Positions 59,893-64,000 of a stretch of 64,000 bases of DNA are shown here, piece after piece. The position numbers and the translations under genes are program-made. The stretch comes from an uncultured Nitrososphaerota archaeon (lineage in GTDB: Archaea > Thermoproteota > Nitrososphaeria > Nitrososphaerales > Gagatemarchaeaceae). The stretch is from positions 640,001-704,000 of the forward strand of contig OY969807.1 of assembly GCA_963703285.1 (NCBI GenBank), in the 5' to 3' direction. The first letter of the stretch is position 1; each line of letters begins with the position of its first letter. A model generated the notes under the pieces. It did not search any database and was not told the DNA's origin. It saw nothing but the letters and a program-made list of their open reading frames with translations.

Positions 59893-60146
59893 GACCGGCC
59901 ACCTGCGACAGGGGGCAGAATCGCCACGTCGTCGCCGTCGTGCAGCGTCTGGTCGGGCTCGGCCATCTCCTCGTTGACGGCGACCTTCACTATGCGCCTT
60001 ATTTCGCCCATCCTCTCGTGAGCTGTGGAGACCTGGTTCATCAGGTCGGACACCGATGCGCCGTCTGGGAACGATAGCCGCTCCTCCCGAATCCCGGCCG
60101 CGTCCCTCGCCTGTCCGAAGTAGAGGAGCTTCACGTGGATGGACAA
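59889..60146 (-). CDS. moaD: MoaD/SAMP ubiquitin-like sulfur carrier ending GG-RS
   Basis: VKLLYFG, VAVNEE, LHDGDDVAILPPVAGG followed by RS*. Confidence 0.9.
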   Translation of the reverse strand: MSIHVKLLYFGQARDAAGIREERLSFPDGASVSDLMNQVSTAHERMGEIRRIVKVAVNEEMAEPDQTLHDGDDVAILPPVAGGRS

Positions 60147-60150
60147 GCAG

Positions 60151-61173
60151 CTAACCTCCGATCGTGTACATCGGACGGACCCTCTTGATGTCGACGTGCT
60201 TACGGAGCATGCTCTCGACACCCTCGGACTTCAGCTTGAAGGAGGACCTGAGAAAGCCCGAGATCTCCTCGTCGCTCGCCCCGGCCCTGAGTAGGTGCTT
60301 GACGTCGAACTCGGCGACGCTGAACAGGCAGGGCACCATCTTCCCGTCGGCCGAGAGCCGGATCCTGTCGCAGTCGGAGCAGAAGGGTTTGGTCATCGAG
60401 GCTATGATCCCTATCTCTCCCTCGGAGTTGTCTGTGAATCTGTGATGGACCGCCGTCGCCCCGTGGGTCCGCTCGAGCGGTATCAGGTCGTACCTCTCCT
60501 TGACCTTCCGGATTATCTCGTCGCCGCTGACGACGAGGTCGGGGTCCCACAGCTTCGACCCGTCGAAAGGCATGTACTCTATGAATCGCACCGAGACCCC
60601 TCCGTCGTGCGCAAGCTTGGCGAAATCGAGGATCTCGTCCTCGTTGCACCCCCTCGTCACCACGCAGTTCACCTTCACCCGGTCAAAGCCCACGGCCCTC
60701 GCCTCCTCGAGCCCCTGCATCACTCGCCAGAACATGTCCTTCGTCCCCGTGATCTGGTGGTAGCGTTCCGGACGCAGGCTGTGGAGGCTCACGGTCACGC
60801 AGTGCAGTCCGCTCTCCTTCAACAGCTTGGCATTCTGCTTGAGTAGCGCCGCGTTCGTGGTCATGCTCACGGCGTTTATCCCCCTGACTTTGACCAGCAT
60901 CTTCACGAGGCCATCGATGTCCTTCCTCATCAGCGGCTCCCCGCCGCTCAGACGGATGTTCTCGACGCCAAGGCTCGCTGTTACCGATGCGACTCGTGTA
61001 ATCTCCTCGAAGGTAAGCAGCTCGCTGCGGTCCATCCAGGTGGGATGCTCCGGCATGCAGAAGTCGCACCTGAAGTTGCACCTGTCCGTCACGGAGATCC
61101 TCAGCTTCCTGGCGTGGCGACCGAAGGAGTCGATGAGTGCTTCATCGTCCTCAACTCGAGCAGGGGAGTTCAA
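60151..61173 (-). CDS. moaA: GTP 3',8-cyclase (radical SAM)
   Basis: LRISVTDRCNFRCDFCMP, GGEP, RFIEYMP, FCSDCDRIRL, C-terminal IGG. Confidence 0.96.
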   Translation of the reverse strand: MNSPARVEDDEALIDSFGRHARKLRISVTDRCNFRCDFCMPEHPTWMDRSELLTFEEITRVASVTASLGVENIRLSGGEPLMRKDIDGLVKMLVKVRGINAVSMTTNAALLKQNAKLLKESGLHCVTVSLHSLRPERYHQITGTKDMFWRVMQGLEEARAVGFDRVKVNCVVTRGCNEDEILDFAKLAHDGGVSVRFIEYMPFDGSKLWDPDLVVSGDEIIRKVKERYDLIPLERTHGATAVHHRFTDNSEGEIGIIASMTKPFCSDCDRIRLSADGKMVPCLFSVAEFDVKHLLRAGASDEEISGFLRSSFKLKSEGVESMLRKHVDIKRVRPMYTIGG

Positions 61174-61207
61174 ATCGGCGCCCTCCAGAAAAGAGGCCCG
61201 ATATTGG

Positions 61208-61384
61208 TCACTTAAACCTATCCACCAGCCGTGGGTCCGGGACTGGTCCGCCGGCCCCGCGGTGTCCCAGAATGTGGGCCCTGTACCTTATCATCAGGTC
61301 GGTCGCGTCGGAGCCCTCCACGACCTTCCCGCAAACCTCGCACCTCTTGCTGAACCCGCTGGTGGGGACCTTGAAACCGGCCAT
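61208..61384 (-). CDS. 58-aa C2H2-type zinc-finger microprotein (not in the ORF track)
   Basis: My translation: MAGFKVPTSGFSKRCEVCGKVVEGSDATDLMIRYRAHILGHRG...; CTTATA ~30 nt upstream. Confidence 0.6.
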   Translation of the reverse strand: MAGFKVPTSGFSKRCEVCGKVVEGSDATDLMIRYRAHILGHRGAGGPVPDPRLVDRFK

Positions 61385-61502
61385 CGAAACTGGGGAGCCA
61401 GAACACCGTATAAGCAGTGCGCCCTAGCCTTCGACCAGCGCCCCGAAGGCGGCTCAAGCAGCGGAATCAAATCGATGGGACCATCGAACTGAGATAACGA
61501 AG

Positions 61503-61520
61503 TATATCAAACACGATATA
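61503..61520 (+). promoter_or_regulatory. putative PadR operator
   Basis: TATATC-N6-GATATA inverted repeat abutting a TTTTATATA box. Confidence 0.55.
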
Positions 61521-61556
61521 TTTTATATACTAGCGGCCACTCAACCTTCGAAGCGA

Positions 61557-62129
61557 TTGACTGACGAAGAGGGGGCCCGGGGTTTGGCCCATCCGCAGGG
61601 TGCGCCTCGGGGACTACTTCTCCACTACATGCTCCGCAGAATATCGCAGAAGCCCTGTCACGGTTACGAGATCCTTCAGGACATCGACAGCAAGACCGAG
61701 GGCGCCTGGAGGCCAGGCGCGGGCTCCGTCTACCCGATATTGAAGAAGCTCCTCGAGAACGGCTACATCCAGAGCGACGACAAGGTTGGTGCGGACAGGA
61801 GGGTCTACACTATCACACAGAAGGGAATCGAGTCACTGGAGGAGGACAAGCAGTTGTTTCTGAACTCGGGCGAGAAATGGATGGCCATGCGCAGGCTCTT
61901 CGTGGAGCTGATCGGCCCGGAGCAGCTCTCCCGTTTCTTGAGCGAGGGGACGAGGAGTCAGTTCGAGATCGCACAGGAGATAATAAGGACGAAGAGTAAG
62001 GACATCCCACCGAAGGAGCTCGAGTACATCCTCCGTGATTACATGCTGAACCTCGAGCGGCAGCTCGAGTGGGCGAACAGGGTCCTCAAGGAGATGAAGT
62101 CCGCTGCTGTGGTCAGGGCGAGGAAGTGA
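61557..62129 (+). CDS. PadR-family transcriptional regulator
   Basis: APRGLL, HGYEI, WRPGAGSVYP, RRVYTITQKG. Confidence 0.92.
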   Translation: MTDEEGARGLAHPQGAPRGLLLHYMLRRISQKPCHGYEILQDIDSKTEGAWRPGAGSVYPILKKLLENGYIQSDDKVGADRRVYTITQKGIESLEEDKQLFLNSGEKWMAMRRLFVELIGPEQLSRFLSEGTRSQFEIAQEIIRTKSKDIPPKELEYILRDYMLNLERQLEWANRVLKEMKSAAVVRARK

Positions 62130-62132
62130 ACG

Positions 62133-63173
62133 TTGGGCTTGATAGAGGGTCAGTCGGGTGTATCGAAGAGCGAAGAGGCCATCGTCAAGGTGGAGAACCT
62201 CAGCAAGACTTACGACGGCAAGACCAAGGCGGTAGACGGGGTCAGCTTCCAGGTTGAGCCGGGTGAGATATTCGGCTTCTTGGGTCCCAACGGCGCAGGC
62301 AAGAGCACCACGATAAATATGCTCACGACCCTGGTCCCTATAAGTTCGGGCAAGGCGGAGGTCTGCGGGTTCGACGTCCACCATCAGGCGAACCTCGTTC
62401 GGAGGAGCGTCGGGGTGGTCCCTCAGGATTACACCGCCGACGAGGACATGACGGGCGAAGAGAACATACTGCTCTGCGCAGACCTCTACGGAATTCCCCG
62501 GAGCGATTCCAAGGGCCACGCTGTCGAACTCCTCAAGCTCGTCGAACTCCTCGACGCCTCGAAGAGGAAGGTGAGCACCTACTCGGGTGGAATGCGCAGG
62601 AGGCTGGAGCTGGCCTGCGGCCTGATCAACTACCCCAAGCTCCTATTCCTGGATGAGCCCACGCTCGGGCTCGACGTCCAGACACGCGCCGCCGTCTGGA
62701 AGTACATCCGCCAGCTGAAGCAGGACTACAACATGACCCTGTTTGTGACGACACACTATCTGGAGGAGGCAGATTCCCTCTGCGACAGGATCGCGATCAT
62801 CGACCACGGGCAAATCATCAAGATCGGCACACCGGAAGAACTCAAGGCCACGGTCGGAGGGGACGTGATAGTCGTTGGAGTCAAGGAGTCGGAACCCGAC
62901 ATCTCTTCAGACATCTCGAAGATCGACCTGGTGAAATCGGTCACCAAGAAGGGCAACGATTATCGCATAAAGGCAGATGCTGGAGAGGAAGCCTCCCCAC
63001 AAGTCATAGACGTGATCCGGTCGAAGGGGCTACATGTCTCGAGGATTTCCCTGACGAAACCGACGCTGGACGAGGCTTACCTCGAGCTGACCGGGCGCAC
63101 CCTCAGGGACGAGGAGACTGACAAGTGGCAGATGATGAGCCAGAGAAGGACCATGCGAACGGCGAGGTCATAG
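62133..63173 (+). CDS. DrrA-family ABC exporter ATP-binding subunit
   Basis: GPNGAGKST, YSGGMRRRLE, LDEPTLGLD. Confidence 0.95.
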   Translation: MGLIEGQSGVSKSEEAIVKVENLSKTYDGKTKAVDGVSFQVEPGEIFGFLGPNGAGKSTTINMLTTLVPISSGKAEVCGFDVHHQANLVRRSVGVVPQDYTADEDMTGEENILLCADLYGIPRSDSKGHAVELLKLVELLDASKRKVSTYSGGMRRRLELACGLINYPKLLFLDEPTLGLDVQTRAAVWKYIRQLKQDYNMTLFVTTHYLEEADSLCDRIAIIDHGQIIKIGTPEELKATVGGDVIVVGVKESEPDISSDISKIDLVKSVTKKGNDYRIKADAGEEASPQVIDVIRSKGLHVSRISLTKPTLDEAYLELTGRTLRDEETDKWQMMSQRRTMRTARS

Positions 63174-63188
63174 AAGGAGCGGATTGAC

Positions 63189-64000
63189 TTGGTAGAAAAA
63201 GAACAACCGGCTGGCACCGAAGCAACCGCGCAGGAGTCGACGGTGGAGGGACGGACCCCGGAGGCGACCGGCGAGAGATTGGCCTCGAGGCCAACCCCGA
63301 AGATGGACACGCGCCCGACACACGGACTCTGGGCACTGACGCAGAGAGACCTCAAGAAATGGTACACGAACCCCTACCAGCTGATTATCTCGCTCATACA
63401 GCCGGTCATCTGGATGGGGCTCTTTGGTAAAGCTCTGAACTTCGGCAGCCTCATCACCAAGGCGCTGCCGCCCGGTACGCCAACGTCGGTAGCTAATCAA
63501 TATGTTTTGAAAATCTTCGGCACGACAAGCTACTTCTCGTTCCTAGTGTGCGGCATGTTGATTTTCATCGTGCTGTTCAGCTCCACCTTCGCGGGTATGT
63601 CCGTCGTTTGGGACAGGAGGTTCGGCTTCATGAACAAGGCCCTCAGCACACCCGTGAGCCGCGGGATGATAGTGATGGGGAAGGTCCTTCAGAGCGTCAT
63701 AAGGTCGGTCATTCAGGCCGGCGTGGTTCTAGTAATCGGCATCGCCCTTGGAATGGAGACGGGCAATCTGACGGTTCTGGGGCTCGCCGGGGCGTTCGTC
63801 ATAATCTTCCTAGTCGCGATGGGCCTCTCCGGGCTGTTCGTGATGCTCTCGCTGAGGTCGACCAACTGGCAGACGCAGATGGCGATAATCAACCTCCTCA
63901 ACCTCCCCCTCCTCTTCGCAAGCAACGCGCTCTTCCCGATGGGCAATCCGGCATTCGGAGCGCCAGGATGGCTGCAGGACGTGGTGAAGGTCAACCCAAT
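63189..64000 (+). CDS. ABC-2 (DrrB-like) permease, runs off the window end
   Basis: My translation from TTG 63189: LIQPVIW, VWDRRFGF, LPLLFASNALFP, VNP. Confidence 0.88.
   Translation, partial: MVEKEQPAGTEATAQESTVEGRTPEATGERLASRPTPKMDTRPTHGLWALTQRDLKKWYTNPYQLIISLIQPVIWMGLFGKALNFGSLITKALPPGTPTSVANQYVLKIFGTTSYFSFLVCGMLIFIVLFSSTFAGMSVVWDRRFGFMNKALSTPVSRGMIVMGKVLQSVIRSVIQAGVVLVIGIALGMETGNLTVLGLAGAFVIIFLVAMGLSGLFVMLSLRSTNWQTQMAIINLLNLPLLFASNALFPMGNPAFGAPGWLQDVVKVNP

Noticed and set aside
1-64000. Many long Arg/Gly/Pro-rich overlapping or antisense ORFs (e.g. 7222..8301, 10800..11948, 30741..32027, 37828..38916, 50350..51522)
   Set aside because: Shadow ORFs typical of high-GC coding DNA, each overlapping a well-supported gene

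Overview
High-GC archaeal chromosomal segment. Markers (tgtA, PAC2 chaperone, eL38, Lsm-C Sm protein, thermopsin, TRAM protein, cupredoxin/Vgb pair, TATA-led leaderless genes) suggest a non-ammonia-oxidising Nitrososphaerota/TACK lineage; this placement is inference. Main contents: (i) housekeeping and metabolic genes; (ii) a polyphosphate cluster sixA-ppx-two tandem thymidylate-kinase-like genes-CHAD with no ppk1/ppk2, convergent on a KaiC/RAD55 ATPase; (iii) a free-standing LAGLIDADG nuclease before RNase HI; (iv) a cell-surface region (about 19.9-39.7 kb) with a ~2400-codon mosaic surface protein, a GT39 mannosyltransferase, three paralogous pilin-like proteins and a thermopsin; (v) an orphan IS200/IS605 right end fused to the Lsm stop codon; (vi) a DUF5678-like/aspartyl protease pair; (vii) a decayed IS607 whose TnpB has an altered RuvC-III motif, between two truncated genes; (viii) a Moco/coxMS cluster without coxL and with a MoaD ending GG-RS. 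Six single-base frameshifts, several at CTAG/GATC, may be sequencing errors. I found no rRNA, tRNA or CRISPR array. All calls come from motif recognition by eye; no searches were run.
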